From Actinomycetota bacterium (lineage in GTDB: Bacteria; Actinomycetota; Thermoleophilia; BMS3ABIN01): a stretch of 64,000 nucleotides of DNA. The DNA lies in contig JAMDDD010000024.1 in NCBI GenBank assembly GCA_023489275.1, positions 10,788 to 74,787 on the forward strand. The letters are read 5' to 3'. The position numbers were made by a program, and so were the translations under genes. Of the stretch, positions 1-9,097 are shown piece after piece (the first letter of the stretch is position 1; each line of letters opens with the position of its first letter). Below the pieces are notes generated by a model. That model searched no databases. It was not told the DNA's origin and was given only the letters and a program-made list of their open reading frames with translations.

Positions 1-347
1 CGGCGCAGGTAAGCCGGGCGGTTGAGGAAAGCGATGTCAGCTCCGGTGTCTGCGTTGTCTATGTGCCGCACACCACCGCGGCGGTCACTATCAACGAAGG
101 GGCGGATCCCGCCGTCAGGCAGGACATCGTCAATGAACTGGACAAGGTGATCCCGCAGAGCGATGGTTATCAGCACCGGGAAGGGAACGCCGCCGCCCAT
201 ATTAAAGCGGCCCTGACCGGCTCATCCGTGACCATCCCGGTAGAAGGCGGCCGGTTGACGCTCGGCACCTGGCAGACTGTATACTTCTGTGAATACGATG
301 GTCCCCGCAGCCGGAGATTCACCGTCAGAGTCATCGCGGCGCGCTGA
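1..347 (+). CDS. YjbQ/UPF0047 family protein; 5' end is outside the window
   Basis: The ORF frame is open from position 1. The C-terminal sequence (VTINEGADPAVRQDI...HREGNAAAHIKAALTGSSVTIPV) is typical of the YjbQ family. Confidence 0.55.
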   Translation, partial: AQVSRAVEESDVSSGVCVVYVPHTTAAVTINEGADPAVRQDIVNELDKVIPQSDGYQHREGNAAAHIKAALTGSSVTIPVEGGRLTLGTWQTVYFCEYDGPRSRRFTVRVIAAR

Positions 348-437
348 TGGGCAGAACCTGAGCAGAGTCACCTCGCATCTGACCACCGGCGGACCGCCAG
401 GACTCCCGCCATCCCGACAATCATGGATATCCGGCAA

Positions 438-1073
438 TTAGTACCCGGAACCGTAACCCCCGGAAGTGCTGGTGCCGGTAGTGGTTGTATTTGTGCCGGC
501 GGCGCCCGTCGGCGTCGTTAACACCCAGGCGAAGATCGCGCCTGTCAGCGGGTGGTCCAGCTCTCCCGCTTTTGCCTTCAGACCCAATGTATTGGCCGTG
601 ACGGCCCCGTTAGGGCTGATGTTGTAATACATGCTTTGGGCGGTCAACGCCGGATCCCTGGCTATCATCATGATTTTATTGTCAAAGGTTCCGATCAGCT
701 GGCCGGTGTTCCGGTTAGTCACCTTTAAGGCAAATGTTAGCACCGGCTTCATGCCGCCCGGCACCTTGCCGCTCCAACTGGCGGGGGTCTGGCTGAGGAC
801 CTCAAATTTGACCGGGACGGTGAAAGCTCCCACCGGCACCTGAAACGTGTAGGGGCCGGCCGTGACCGTGCTTGCCTGGCCCGGAGTTAAATCCATGCTG
901 GCCACGACTATGGAAAAACCTTTCGTTGACCAGTCGGGAGTTGTTACCGCGGTGGTAGACATGGTCGCCGTTTTTGGCGGCGTCCTGGTTGTGGTTGTAC
1001 CGCCACAGGCAGAAATCAGCACACCCGCAAGGGCAAAGAACAAGATCAAGGTCAAGCTACGGAAGTTTCGCAT
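438..1073 (-). CDS. Thr-rich secreted lipoprotein, hypothetical
   Basis: N-terminal signal peptide with a lipobox (LISACGG), followed by a Thr/Pro-rich linker. Confidence 0.5.
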   Translation of the reverse strand: MRNFRSLTLILFFALAGVLISACGGTTTTRTPPKTATMSTTAVTTPDWSTKGFSIVVASMDLTPGQASTVTAGPYTFQVPVGAFTVPVKFEVLSQTPASWSGKVPGGMKPVLTFALKVTNRNTGQLIGTFDNKIMMIARDPALTAQSMYYNISPNGAVTANTLGLKAKAGELDHPLTGAIFAWVLTTPTGAAGTNTTTTGTSTSGGYGSGY

Positions 1074-1269
1074 CGCTCCTCCTCAATGGGCCGGATTCGC
1101 ATTTTTCTACTTCTACCTCCGGGCTGATTTTGTAAACCAGGGTTTGCCGGCCGGTATAGAACTAATCCGGCGGGTGATTCGTGGCGAGGCCTGGCGGAAA
1201 AAGCCATCCAGCCGCCTCCCTTGACTTTCCGGCGCGGCGGGAATAACTTAAGCAAAGCATAGCCAATCC

Positions 1270-1490
1270 TCGTTAGGTGAGGCTCCAGCGCAGATACAGG
1301 CCGTTGCCCGGAAAGGTCCAAAGACCCCAACGGGTAGAACAGGCATTACCGGAATAAGGTTCTGCCCGAGACGGCTGAGAGAGATCTCTACGGTGCGCTG
1401 TGCCAAAGCTTTGACGAGCTGGGGAAGGTTATGAGCGGTTTGCTGCCGATATTTTTCCGGCCACAGCCGTTTGCGGTTGTCGGTTGATTT
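1270..1490 (+). promoter_or_regulatory. M-box (ykoK leader) Mg2+-sensing riboswitch with a terminator-like expression platform
   Basis: GTTAGGTGAGGCTCC...GCCCGGAAAGGTCCAAAGACCCCAACGGGTAGAACAGG...ATAAGGT...GGCTGAGAG...GCCAAAGCT matches the conserved M-box core blocks. A hairpin and T-tract at ~1450–1490 precede the operon start at 1563. Confidence 0.7.
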
Positions 1491-1562
1491 TTAGCCGATG
1501 TTTGCTAATGAACCTTCCCATGTGGAAGGTTCTTTTGTTTGGCGAGGAGGGTAGAAAGAATC

Positions 1563-2804
1563 ATGTTTTTTTTAAGCAAACTTTTAGGTCAACAGGTGAA
1601 GGATTCCCGTTCGCAGTCAGTAGGCACTCTGGACGACATCGTCGTCTCGCTCAAGCGGAAATATCCTTCGGCAACAAAGCTGGTGGTCAAGAGCGGCCGC
1701 CGGAAGATGCTGCTGCCCTGGGAGCTGGTGCGGAGCTTTGAGGAGTCCACGACGCTGCTAAGGCTGCCGGCCGCCGAGTTGAAAGAGACGGAGCCCGCGG
1801 AAAACGAGATCTTCCTCGCCGGCGATATCATGGACAAACAAATAGTCGATACGGAAGGCCACAAGCTGATCCGTGTCAACGACCTGCAGCTGACCCGCGC
1901 CAACGGCAGCCTGCGGGTAGTGGGCGTGGATATCGGCAGCGGCGCCATCATGCGGAGGCTCGGGCTGGGGCGGATCGCCGACAGGCTTTCGCGGCGGGTA
2001 CAGCCAACTCTGCTTGACTGGAAGACGGTAGAGCCGGTAAGCGGCGAAGCCTCCGGGATGAAGCTCCAGGTAACGCACGACAAGCTGGCGCTGCTCCATC
2101 CGGCCGACATCGCCGACATCGCCAACGAGCTTTCACCGGAAGAGCGGGTGGCGGTGCTGGAATCGCTTGAAGATGAGGTGGCCGCCGACACGGTGGAAGA
2201 AATGCACCCTCACTTTCAGGCGGCTCTGCTTAACGATATGAACGAGCGCAAGGCCGCCATCATCCTCTCCAACATGGACCCTGACGACGCCGCCGACCTG
2301 CTGGCCGATCTGCCGGAGGAGAAAGCCGCCTCCCTGCTGTCGAGCATGCGCCGCAAGGAGGCCCGCGACGTGCAGCAACTGCTGAGCTACGAGGAGGATA
2401 CCGCCGGTGGCATCATGACAACCGAATACGTGTCGCTGCCACCCGGCCTGACCGCCGGCGACGTCATCGACCGGCTGCGGGAGCTGGAGCCAGGCGCCGA
2501 GACAATCAACTACATGTATGTCGTGGACAGGGACGGCCACCTCGCCGGCGTTTTCTCCCTCCGGGACCTGATCCTGGCGACACGGAACCAAAAAGTGGAG
2601 GGCTTCATGGAGCGGAACCTGATCAGCGTCCACACCGACGCCTCCCAGGATGAGGTCGCCCAGGTAGTGGCCAAATACAATCTGCTGGCCGTGCCCGTCA
2701 TCGACGAAGAGAACAAACTGCGCGGTATCATTACCGTAGATGACGCCATCGATATCATCCTGCCGCTCAAGTGGAAGAAACGGCTGCCGAAAATCTTCGG
2801 CTAG
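1563..2804 (+). CDS. Soluble MgtE-type cytosolic sensor protein (N-terminal ~80-aa extension, MgtE_N, tandem CBS); no transmembrane pore domain
   Basis: ATG at 1563 follows GGAGG. The ELSPEE...DPDDAADLL acidic helical region resembles MgtE_N. The GIMTTEYVSLPPGLTAGDVIDRL and LLAVPVIDEENKLRGIITVDDAIDII segments form a CBS pair. The ORF ends without any TM segment. Confidence 0.7.
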   Translation: MFFLSKLLGQQVKDSRSQSVGTLDDIVVSLKRKYPSATKLVVKSGRRKMLLPWELVRSFEESTTLLRLPAAELKETEPAENEIFLAGDIMDKQIVDTEGHKLIRVNDLQLTRANGSLRVVGVDIGSGAIMRRLGLGRIADRLSRRVQPTLLDWKTVEPVSGEASGMKLQVTHDKLALLHPADIADIANELSPEERVAVLESLEDEVAADTVEEMHPHFQAALLNDMNERKAAIILSNMDPDDAADLLADLPEEKAASLLSSMRRKEARDVQQLLSYEEDTAGGIMTTEYVSLPPGLTAGDVIDRLRELEPGAETINYMYVVDRDGHLAGVFSLRDLILATRNQKVEGFMERNLISVHTDASQDEVAQVVAKYNLLAVPVIDEENKLRGIITVDDAIDIILPLKWKKRLPKIFG

Positions 2805-2814
2805 GAGCTTCCTA

Positions 2815-4065
2815 ATGAAACGCCCGAAGGTAATCCCCCGCATCGGCAAGACACGCCTGCTCCTGTTTCTGGCAATAGTCGGGCCGGGAATCATTTCCGG
2901 CAGCGCTGATAACGACGCACCCGGGATATCAACCTATTCAGCGGCCGGCGGCCGATTCGGCTACAGCATGCTGTGGATGTTGCTGATTGTTACCTTCAGC
3001 CTGGCGATCACACAGGAGATGGGAGCCCGAATGGGAATCGTCACCGGCCAGCCGCTGGCCGCCCTGATACGGGAACGTTTCTCAATCCGGATAACTTTCT
3101 TCGCCGTGGCCGTGATGCTAATCGCGGACCTCGGCACAACCATTGGCGAGTTCTCCGGTTCGGCAGATGGCTTTGAGCTGTTTGGGCTTTCCAAGTATTA
3201 CATGGTTCCCCTTGTCGCCCTTCTTGTCTGGCTGCTTGTCGTGCGCGGCTCTTACAGATTTGCCGAAAAAGCATTTCTGGTGCTCTCGGCCTTCTATGTA
3301 ACGTATGTTGTTTCCGCGCTTCTAGCCCATCCTAGCTGGAGCCACGCCTTGCGGAGCACCGTGGTCCCCTCGTTTCAGCTAAATTCAAACTATATTCTCC
3401 TGTTTATCGCCGTTATCGGCACCACAATTACTCCCTGGGGGCAATCTTTCATCCAGTCGTACGTTGTTGATAAAGGCATCTCTGTGAAGCATTTGCGCTA
3501 CAGCCGCATCGACATTATTACCGGGGCGATTCTGACCGACATTATCGCCGCCTTCATCGTCATTGCCTGCGCCGCGACGATCTACGCTTCCGGCGGCCAG
3601 ATTAACACGGCGGCTGAGGCCGCCTCGGGACTGGCGCCGCTGGCGGGCAAGTTTGCCTCCGATCTGTTCGCTTTTGGCCTGCTCAATGCCTCTATCCTGG
3701 CGGCCGCGGTTTTGCCTTTGGCAACCTCCTATGCCATCTGTGGCGCCCTCGGTTTTGAGTCGGGCATCAGCCGTTCTTTTAAGGAAGCGCCGGCGTTTCA
3801 CGGCATCTATACCTTCTTGATTGCAATCGCGGCCATCATTGCCCTGATCCCCGGGCTGCCGCTGTTCAGGATCATGCTTCTCTCGCAGGATCTGAACGGC
3901 ATTCTGCTGCCGATCATTTTGATCTTTGTCATGCTTCTCATCAACGACAGCCGGGTGATGGGAAAATACGTAAACGGCCGCATTTTCAATATTGTCTCCT
4001 GGCTGACCATCGGCTCAATTCTTTTTCTCAGCCTGCTGCTGGTGGCGACCAGCTTCTTCTCGTAG
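2815..4065 (+). CDS. NRAMP-family divalent-cation transporter, NRMT-like (probable Mg2+ transporter)
   Basis: GPGIISGSADNDAPGISTYSAAGGRFGYSMLWMLL is the NRAMP TM1 signature, with the canonical DPGN changed to DAPG. The protein is polytopic (about 11 TM). It lies 11 bp after the MgtE_N/CBS gene, under the M-box leader. Confidence 0.75.
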   Translation: MKRPKVIPRIGKTRLLLFLAIVGPGIISGSADNDAPGISTYSAAGGRFGYSMLWMLLIVTFSLAITQEMGARMGIVTGQPLAALIRERFSIRITFFAVAVMLIADLGTTIGEFSGSADGFELFGLSKYYMVPLVALLVWLLVVRGSYRFAEKAFLVLSAFYVTYVVSALLAHPSWSHALRSTVVPSFQLNSNYILLFIAVIGTTITPWGQSFIQSYVVDKGISVKHLRYSRIDIITGAILTDIIAAFIVIACAATIYASGGQINTAAEAASGLAPLAGKFASDLFAFGLLNASILAAAVLPLATSYAICGALGFESGISRSFKEAPAFHGIYTFLIAIAAIIALIPGLPLFRIMLLSQDLNGILLPIILIFVMLLINDSRVMGKYVNGRIFNIVSWLTIGSILFLSLLLVATSFFS

Positions 4066-4161
4066 CCGGCGACAGATGCGACCCGCTTGCATCCTTTTGA
4101 GAGAATCTGCATCTATATTGTCATCCCGGAAAAAAAGCGGAAAGACGTGGAGGGAGACGCA

Positions 4162-4326
4162 ATGAATGCTGATGAAATCACGCGGCGTATCGAAGAGTTA
4201 AAACTGGAACTAAGCGAGCTGAGGAAAGTCCGCTCGAACCATGGCGCCCACACTATCGACTTTAAAATGCTGGAAATCGAGGATGAGATCGCCGAGCTGA
4301 AAAACGCTCAATCCGCATCGGCCTGA
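4162..4326 (+). CDS. Small coiled-coil protein, hypothetical
   Basis: ATG at 4162 is preceded by GGAGGGAG. The product is 54 aa with a heptad-like ELKLELSELRK pattern. Confidence 0.35.
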   Translation: MNADEITRRIEELKLELSELRKVRSNHGAHTIDFKMLEIEDEIAELKNAQSASA

Positions 4327-4353
4327 AAAAATTTGCAAGAGTTTTTTCCATCA

Positions 4354-4376
4354 GAGGGGCGCTTCTGGCGCCCCTC
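4354..4376. terminator. Intrinsic-terminator-like hairpin between convergent genes
   Basis: Perfect 9-bp stem GAGGGGCGC/GCGCCCCTC with a 5-nt loop, preceded by a T-run. Confidence 0.45.
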
Positions 4377-4404
4377 GCCCCATTTCATCCCTTGCTTTCG
4401 CCTG

Positions 4405-4626
4405 TTATTGACCGCTTTGGGGCGAGACGTTATCGGTGTTGCCTAGCTCTTTTTGTTCCTGACTGGTTACCTGGCCGGCAGCTGCGCGAGCCCGGTCGAT
4501 CGGCTGTGTAATCGCTCGCCCCGGATCAGGCGCATCTCCGGAAGATCCCGCGCCGCAGCCGGAAAGCGGCAGCGCCATCGTCACCATCAGCAATACAAGC
4601 ATCAGCATTTGCAGAAACCGTCCCAT
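4405..4626 (-). CDS. Small lipoprotein, hypothetical
   Basis: Signal peptide with lipobox (LPLSGCGAG). Confidence 0.4.
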   Translation of the reverse strand: MGRFLQMLMLVLLMVTMALPLSGCGAGSSGDAPDPGRAITQPIDRARAAAGQVTSQEQKELGNTDNVSPQSGQ

Positions 4627-4720
4627 ACGCGTTTTAACGGCGCCGGCCGGAAAAATATTAGCGTGGCGTGGATAAATCCGGAATAAGTTGCGGATGCTTC
4701 AGCCGGCTTTTAGCTGACCG

Positions 4721-5482
4721 TCAGGCCTGCCGGCTAAAGGCGGTAACCGAGGCGGTGATCATCGCCGCGCTAAGCAAACTTACCACAAGAATGTCCATTC
4801 CCAAAGGAAAGCGGCTCTGGAAATGCGGCAGCATGATAGTTCGCATGGCGTCCACGCCGTAAGTGAGCGGATCAATGTGCGAGAGCGAGTCAAGCCACGC
4901 AGGCGCGTTCTTGAGCGGAAACATCGCTCCCGAGATAAAAAACATCGGCATCATGAAAAAGTTCATCACCATCTGGAAGCCCTGCATGGTCTTGAGCCGC
5001 GTCGCCAGCAGCACCCCCATGCCGGTCATGGAGAAAGCGACCAGAAACATCATTGGCAGCAGCTCGGCGATCAGTATCGGCGAGATGTGCACACCGGCAA
5101 ACGGCGCCAGCAGCAGCATCAGAACGCCCTGAAAAGCGGCGATGGTAGCGCCGCTGATCACCTTTCCCAAGGCAATCGTCCAGGTTGGCACGGGCGCCAC
5201 CAGCATCTCCTTGAGGAAGCCGAACTCCCGGTCCCAGACGATCGACACCGAGGCAAATATGCCTGCGAACAGCACCGTCATTCCCAGGATGCCCGGGAAC
5301 ATGAACTGCTTGTAGTCGAAACCACCCAGGCCTCCCAGCGCAAATGACGATCCCAGCCCCTGGCCGAGAATGAAGATGAAGATGATGGGGCTGCCCAGCG
5401 AGCCGAAGATGCGCGCCTTGTCACGGAAGTGGCGCTTGAGGTCGCGCAGCCAGATGATGTAAATGGCGCGAAATCTTCTCAC
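4721..5482 (-). CDS. ABC-2 type transporter permease
   Basis: 253-aa protein with six predicted TM helices; its start overlaps the stop of the upstream ATPase gene by 4 bp. Confidence 0.8.
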   Translation of the reverse strand: MRRFRAIYIIWLRDLKRHFRDKARIFGSLGSPIIFIFILGQGLGSSFALGGLGGFDYKQFMFPGILGMTVLFAGIFASVSIVWDREFGFLKEMLVAPVPTWTIALGKVISGATIAAFQGVLMLLLAPFAGVHISPILIAELLPMMFLVAFSMTGMGVLLATRLKTMQGFQMVMNFFMMPMFFISGAMFPLKNAPAWLDSLSHIDPLTYGVDAMRTIMLPHFQSRFPLGMDILVVSLLSAAMITASVTAFSRQA

Positions 5483-6570
5483 CGGCGCATCCCCCGGGCG
5501 CGCATGCGTCGCCGCATCACGTCCTTCATCTTGTCGGCGGACTCCTCACGAATCTGGCGACCAGTCAAACTGAGAAAAACGTCGTCAAGGGTAGGCTCCC
5601 TGACCGAGACCGATATGATCTCCGTCGAAAGCTGCCGCACCAGCTGCGGCAGCACCGTCCGCCCGCTGGGCACCTCCAGGCGGATGCTTTTCTCTGCAGG
5701 CGCATTGGCTTCGCCAGCCCCTTCGATGACACTGGCATCGAAGCCAAAAATCTCCTTGATCTCATCCCGGGCCGCCACGGCGTCGACCGCATGCAGCGTG
5801 ATGATGTCGCCACCGATGCTGTGTTTGAGATTCCCGGGAGTGTCCAGCGCCACGATCTTGCCGTGATCGATGATAGCGATCCGGTCGCAGTTTTCGGCTT
5901 CATCCATGTAATGCGTTGTCAAAAAAACCGTGATGTCATACTGCTGCTTCAGTTCGTGCACAATCTCCCAGATCGAGCTGCGCGTCTGGGGATCAAGGCC
6001 GATGGTGGGCTCGTCCAGGAAGAGTACATGCGGATAGTGCATCAGCCCCCGGGCGATCTCCAGCCGCCGCTTCATGCCGCCGGAGAAGGTCTCCACCTTG
6101 TCACGGCCACGCTCGCTGAGACCGACCATTTCCAGCACGCGGCTCGCACGCTCGTCCCGTTCGTTGCGGGGGACGTTGTAAAGCATGGCGTGAAACTCGA
6201 GATTCTCGCGGGCGGTTAACTGGTCGTCGAGCGTCGGATCCTGAAAAACAATGCCAATCGACTGGCGCACCGCGTCCTGCTGGGTGATGATATCGTAGCC
6301 GTTGAGCACCCCGCGCCCGGCAGTGGGCTTCAGCAGCGTGCAGAGCATGCTGATGGTGGTGGTTTTGCCGGCGCCGTTGGGTCCCAGGAAGCCAAAGATC
6401 TCCTTGCGTCCAACCGTAAAGCTGACTTCGTCTACAGCCCGGAGGCCGTTAAAATCGCGCGTCAGCCGTTCGACCTCGATGATGGCCCCGGCTCCGGCCG
6501 GCGCGGCCTTGCCGGGCTGGCCAAAAAGATTTTCCGCCGTGACATCATCTTCCATGTTAGTGGCGCTCAC
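5479..6570 (-). CDS. ABC transporter ATP-binding protein (DrrA/CcmA-like)
   Basis: Walker A (GPNGAGKTT), ABC signature (LSGGMKRRL) and Walker B (LFLDEPT). Confidence 0.85.
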   Translation of the reverse strand: MSATNMEDDVTAENLFGQPGKAAPAGAGAIIEVERLTRDFNGLRAVDEVSFTVGRKEIFGFLGPNGAGKTTTISMLCTLLKPTAGRGVLNGYDIITQQDAVRQSIGIVFQDPTLDDQLTARENLEFHAMLYNVPRNERDERASRVLEMVGLSERGRDKVETFSGGMKRRLEIARGLMHYPHVLFLDEPTIGLDPQTRSSIWEIVHELKQQYDITVFLTTHYMDEAENCDRIAIIDHGKIVALDTPGNLKHSIGGDIITLHAVDAVAARDEIKEIFGFDASVIEGAGEANAPAEKSIRLEVPSGRTVLPQLVRQLSTEIISVSVREPTLDDVFLSLTGRQIREESADKMKDVMRRRMRARGMRR

Positions 6571-6872
6571 TTCTTTTCTCCCCGGGCAATCTCCTCCAGC
6601 TTGCTGAGCCTGGCGATGGCCCCCGAAACAAATTCCGTCACTCGCTCGGCTTTCATCACGACCATGGAGTGTCCGTCCCGGTGACTGGAAAAAATCAGCA
6701 GCTTGTCACCGGCACTGATATTAAGCTTCTGCCGGGCTTCAGCCGGTATCACGATCTGCCCCCGCTCCCCGACCGTCGCCGAGCCAAAAAAAGACGGCTC
6801 GCTGGAATGTGAATCCTTTTGTTTTGGCAATGCTGAATTACTCTCGCATGAATGAATAATATGATTAATCAT
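6567..6872 (-). CDS. AbrB/MazE/SpoVT-type DNA-binding domain protein
   Basis: The GQIVIPAEARQKLNISAGDKLLI swapped-hairpin motif is present. The gene overlaps the ABC ATPase start by 4 bp and so probably acts as the operon's regulator. Confidence 0.55.
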   Translation of the reverse strand: MINHIIHSCESNSALPKQKDSHSSEPSFFGSATVGERGQIVIPAEARQKLNISAGDKLLIFSSHRDGHSMVVMKAERVTEFVSGAIARLSKLEEIARGEKK

Positions 6873-7022
6873 ATTAATAAGCTATTCCATGTGCAATCGC
6901 AAATCCGCTTTGCAGATTCTTTTTTACTCTAGTTTAATTCAGCGGCAATCGGAAAATAATTATAGTGTCAGAAAAAAGAACGCTCCGTGCGAGCCGTGGT
7001 TATACGGGAGGAGGTGAAAAAA

Positions 7023-7496
7023 ATGCCGCTGGTAAGATGGACACCATTTAGAGAAATGCTGGATATGCCCCGCGAGATGCGGCGCGCATTCGGCAGGCCG
7101 TTTTTCTCCTTGATGGAGCCGGGCGTCGAGGCTCTGCCGCCAATGGACGTGTATACCAAAGGCAGCGACATGATGATCAGGATGGAGCTTCCCGGGATCG
7201 ATATCGAAGACCTGGATATCTCGCTCACTGAGCACACACTGCGGATTTCCGGCGAGAGCCGCAGCGACAAGGAGATTAAGGAAGATGATTATTATCGCCG
7301 GGAGCGCTCCTACGGACGCTTTGAGCGCTCGCTGCCGGTGCCGGAAAAAGTCACCGAGAAGGACATCGACGCTTCCTACACTGATGGCATTCTGGAAGTA
7401 AAAGTCAAGGGAGCCGTTGAAGAGGTGCCGACCAAGAAGATCGAGGTGAAAGCAGGCAAGGAAGGCGCGCGCCGGATCCGTGCCAAGAAGGGCTAA
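7023..7496 (+). CDS. Hsp20/alpha-crystallin small heat-shock protein
   Basis: ATG at 7023 follows GGAGGAGG. The alpha-crystallin domain (PPMDVYTKGSDMMIRMELPGI...SYTDGILEVKV) is present. Confidence 0.85.
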   Translation: MPLVRWTPFREMLDMPREMRRAFGRPFFSLMEPGVEALPPMDVYTKGSDMMIRMELPGIDIEDLDISLTEHTLRISGESRSDKEIKEDDYYRRERSYGRFERSLPVPEKVTEKDIDASYTDGILEVKVKGAVEEVPTKKIEVKAGKEGARRIRAKKG

Positions 7497-7547
7497 AGTA
7501 CCGTTCGATCCGCAATAGCCGGACTGCTAAAAAGACTGCTAAAAAAT

Positions 7548-7606
7548 CCGGTATAGGGCGGGGTGTTTTTGCGAAGAACGCTCCGAAAAAACACCCCGTC
7601 CGCCCT
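7548..7606. terminator. Bidirectional terminator-like long hairpin
   Basis: GGGCGGGGTGTTTTT...AAAAAACACCCCGTCCGCCC inverted repeat between convergent hsp20 and the M50 protease gene. Confidence 0.45.
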
Positions 7607-7723
7607 ACCTGCCCTACCTTTAAGGAAGGCGGAGCGAGTCCGCTCAACGCCCTGGCGTTGCCCTCGGAGCCGGTTGCAGATGCCGCTTTCTACTGGTGGT
7701 CGCTTTCTACTGGTGCGCCAGGA

Positions 7724-8857
7724 TCATTGGTGCGCCAGGATCTGGTCCAATGGCTTGTCGGTCGCAGTCAGCAGCATAAAGACGTCGCTTAAGTGCTCCA
7801 GGGTCACCATCCCCAGCAGGTGGCCGTCTTCCAGCACCGGCACCGCTTTCGTGCGCGATTCGTTCATCCGCTCATAAACTTCTGAAAAGGGAGCGCCGGC
7901 GGAAACCACCGGATAATCTTTCAGCATGATCTCGGATACCACTCCATCCGGGCCCAGCGAGTGGAGCCCTCTGATCAGATTGTTGCGCGTGAGCATACCA
8001 ACCAGCTGGCCGCCGGAAACTACCGGGAAGTCTTCCTGGTTGTGATGCAGCACCAATCCTACCACGCTGCCCAGCCTGTCTTCCGGTGAGATCGTCTGGG
8101 TGTCGCCGGTGACCGCCTGTCCCACGTTCAGGCGCGAGAGAATACTCTTCATCTCGGTGCCTGACCCTTCCTGCTCGGCGCCCATGTAGATGAAGATCGC
8201 GATCAGGATCCACAGCCATTGCCCGATCAGCAATCCGCCAATGCCCAGCACGAAGGCAAATGTCTGGCCTACGCGCACGGCAATCCTGGTGGCGCGCGTG
8301 TACGACATGTGCCCAGCGAGGAAGCTCCTGAGAACCCGGCCGCCGTCCAGAGGAAATGCCGGGATCAGGTTAAACAGCGCCAGCAGGATGTTGATAAAAG
8401 CCATGTAGAGAACAAACCCCTGCACACTGATGCCGGTGAGAACGTTGACAAATGCCTGGCTGGTGGTGGTTGGCGCTTTCCCGGGAAGGAACGCATAGAG
8501 GATCACAAACAGAATGCCGATGACGACATTGCTAAGAGGCCCGACCAGTGATACCAGCAGCTCCTGGGACGGCTCTTCCGGCATTTTTTTAAGCAGGGAA
8601 ACGCCCCCGATAGGAAGCAGCGTAATGCTCGCCACCTCGGCGCCGTAATGCTGTGCCAGCCGCGAATGACTCAGCTCGTGGACAACGACAAACACAAACA
8701 GAACCGAGATTACCAGGACGCCATAAAACGCTCCCGGAACTCCCTCGTGGTAGCCCACGCCCCATATATAGGCAGCGAACAGAAGGATGAGAAAAAACGT
8801 TACATGAATGCGGAGCTCAATCCCAAAGACTCTGCCGACTTTGAAAGACCATCTCAT
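7724..8857 (-). CDS. Site-2 protease family (M50) zinc metalloprotease with C-terminal CBS pair
   Basis: HExxH motif (VVHELSHS) within TM helices, followed by two CBS-like segments. Confidence 0.8.
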   Translation of the reverse strand: MRWSFKVGRVFGIELRIHVTFFLILLFAAYIWGVGYHEGVPGAFYGVLVISVLFVFVVVHELSHSRLAQHYGAEVASITLLPIGGVSLLKKMPEEPSQELLVSLVGPLSNVVIGILFVILYAFLPGKAPTTTSQAFVNVLTGISVQGFVLYMAFINILLALFNLIPAFPLDGGRVLRSFLAGHMSYTRATRIAVRVGQTFAFVLGIGGLLIGQWLWILIAIFIYMGAEQEGSGTEMKSILSRLNVGQAVTGDTQTISPEDRLGSVVGLVLHHNQEDFPVVSGGQLVGMLTRNNLIRGLHSLGPDGVVSEIMLKDYPVVSAGAPFSEVYERMNESRTKAVPVLEDGHLLGMVTLEHLSDVFMLLTATDKPLDQILAHQ

Positions 8858-9097
8858 GCAACATGAATACCCGTTTTTAATAATACTTCAAACCAGTAAA
8901 ACGGATACTGGACACTTGATTCTGGACGCTGGATTAATAATCTGTATTGATTATCTGAACTGTGACAGGAATAGTCACTGAGAAAAAACAAGCGATTGGC
9001 CGGTCCGGGCGCCTCCAAAACTGCTTCCGATCTTAAACTTTTTGGGCCGCACACTGCGGCCGCCCTCAAAAAGTCCGATCCCCTTGGAAAGCCCTGT

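Noticed and set aside
1589-2191. 200-aa Ser-rich ORF and other antisense ORFs inside the MgtE_N/CBS gene
   Set aside because: These are shadow ORFs opposite a clearly homologous coding frame.
4823-5347. 174-aa His/Arg-rich plus-strand ORF
   Set aside because: Antisense to the ABC-2 permease gene; low-complexity composition; no RBS.
6880-6925. Short palindromes (GCAAA-TCCGC-TTTGC) upstream of hsp20 and the AbrB operon as a heat-shock operator
   Set aside because: Only 5-bp arms; no match to the CIRCE (TTAGCACTC-N9-GAGTGCTAA) or HAIR consensus.
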